Of a stretch of 64,000 bases of DNA, positions 63,094 to 64,000 are shown piece after piece. The translations under genes and the position numbers were made by a program. Under the pieces are notes generated by a model that was given only the letters and a program-made list of their open reading frames with translations, had not been told where the DNA came from and made no database searches. The stretch is taken from assembly GCA_951406725.2 (NCBI GenBank), contig OX597825.1, forward strand, positions 44,392,001 to 44,456,000, in the 5' to 3' direction. Source of the DNA: Octopus vulgaris (taxonomy: Eukaryota). Numbering within the stretch: position 1 is the stretch's first letter; the number at the start of each line of letters is the position of its first letter.

Positions 63094-63639
63094 CTACAGT
63101 CAACTAATTTCCAATAATTTTATACAATGATTGGCAGCTGTTATTATTGTTTTCTCTTGGCAATTCAAAATCAAATAAAACAGGAAAAATACAAAACGTT
63201 ACACAATAAAATCTGTTTTATATTCCTTCCCTTTATATCCATAATTATGAATTCCCAAAACAGCTTCAGTCAATCAAGAGAACAGTGAAGTTTGACTTTA
63301 ATGCAGTCCCTTTATAGATAATAAAAAGTACTTCATCTGTTGAGAATTTTCGTTAGAAACACAAATGGGTATGTGGTTTTGGTAAAGAAAGAAATCGAAG
63401 GCAAAATTATTTGTATATTACTATAAAACAGTAAACAGCAGAACCAAGTAGAATGTAGAATGAAAAATAATATACAAACATGCATTGGAAGCTGAAAATA
63501 TGCATCTAACGCCCAATATATATTATAAATTGTACAACTTTTTCGGCGAACGTAACCATATCTGAGCACTTACCTTAAATCAAATACTATCAGTCTTAGG
63601 TAGGATATTGTAAACAAAATAATGGTTTCGTATTTAGGC

Positions 63640-63830
63640 GCAGGCCTAAATTTACCCCTTCCCAATATATTTAGAGAAGGAGTAAGTCAATTTCATCGAC
63701 CTTAGTGTTCAACTGCTATATATTTTATCGCCCCTGGAAGGATGAAAAGCAATGTTGACATCGGCGAAAGAAGAAATGTGACGATGAATTTTGTCCTCCG
63801 CGCGCTGATGCGTCTACCAACTCGCCGCCC
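63640..63830 (-). mobile_element. Degenerate SINE (short family)
   Basis: Inverted similarity to 33660-33880. Confidence 0.5.
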
Positions 63831-64000
63831 TCAAACAGAAATTAGTAATAAGGGTAGAATATACACAAACATAAACGACTGTTGTAAAATATCCGTACAG
63901 TTCAGGTAAAAACCTGAAGGATAAACTACAACATATATTTCATAAAAATCAATAGTTAGGACTACAATGCTACCGGGATTGATAACGCTTCTAATTTAGG

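Overview
This is AT-rich, microsatellite-dense eukaryotic DNA made almost entirely of transposable elements. The tRNA-derived SINEs and (TA)n/(TAA)n richness suggest a cephalopod such as Octopus, but that is an inference. No confident host gene is visible. Contents: four R4/Dong-type RLE LINE copies next to (TAA)n arrays; one near-intact Penelope-like element (PLE; 941-aa RT plus GIY-YIG, Hydra-type) and several truncated PLEs; Tc1, mariner, MULE and Helitron remnants; a CR1-group LINE; an RTE fragment; SINEs; and a TIR element carrying TTAGGG repeats. The main hidden signal is a high density of type I hammerhead ribozyme (HHR) motifs, read by eye: about 20 intact or degenerate copies from roughly 10 sequence families. 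They occur in PLE pseudo-LTRs, in non-coding fold-back (inverted) insertions inside (TA)n tracts, and in two partial tandem non-coding units (585 and 356 nt) that resemble non-LTR retrozymes. One family has a compensatory G3-C8 catalytic core. All alignments and folds were done manually, so boundaries are approximate.
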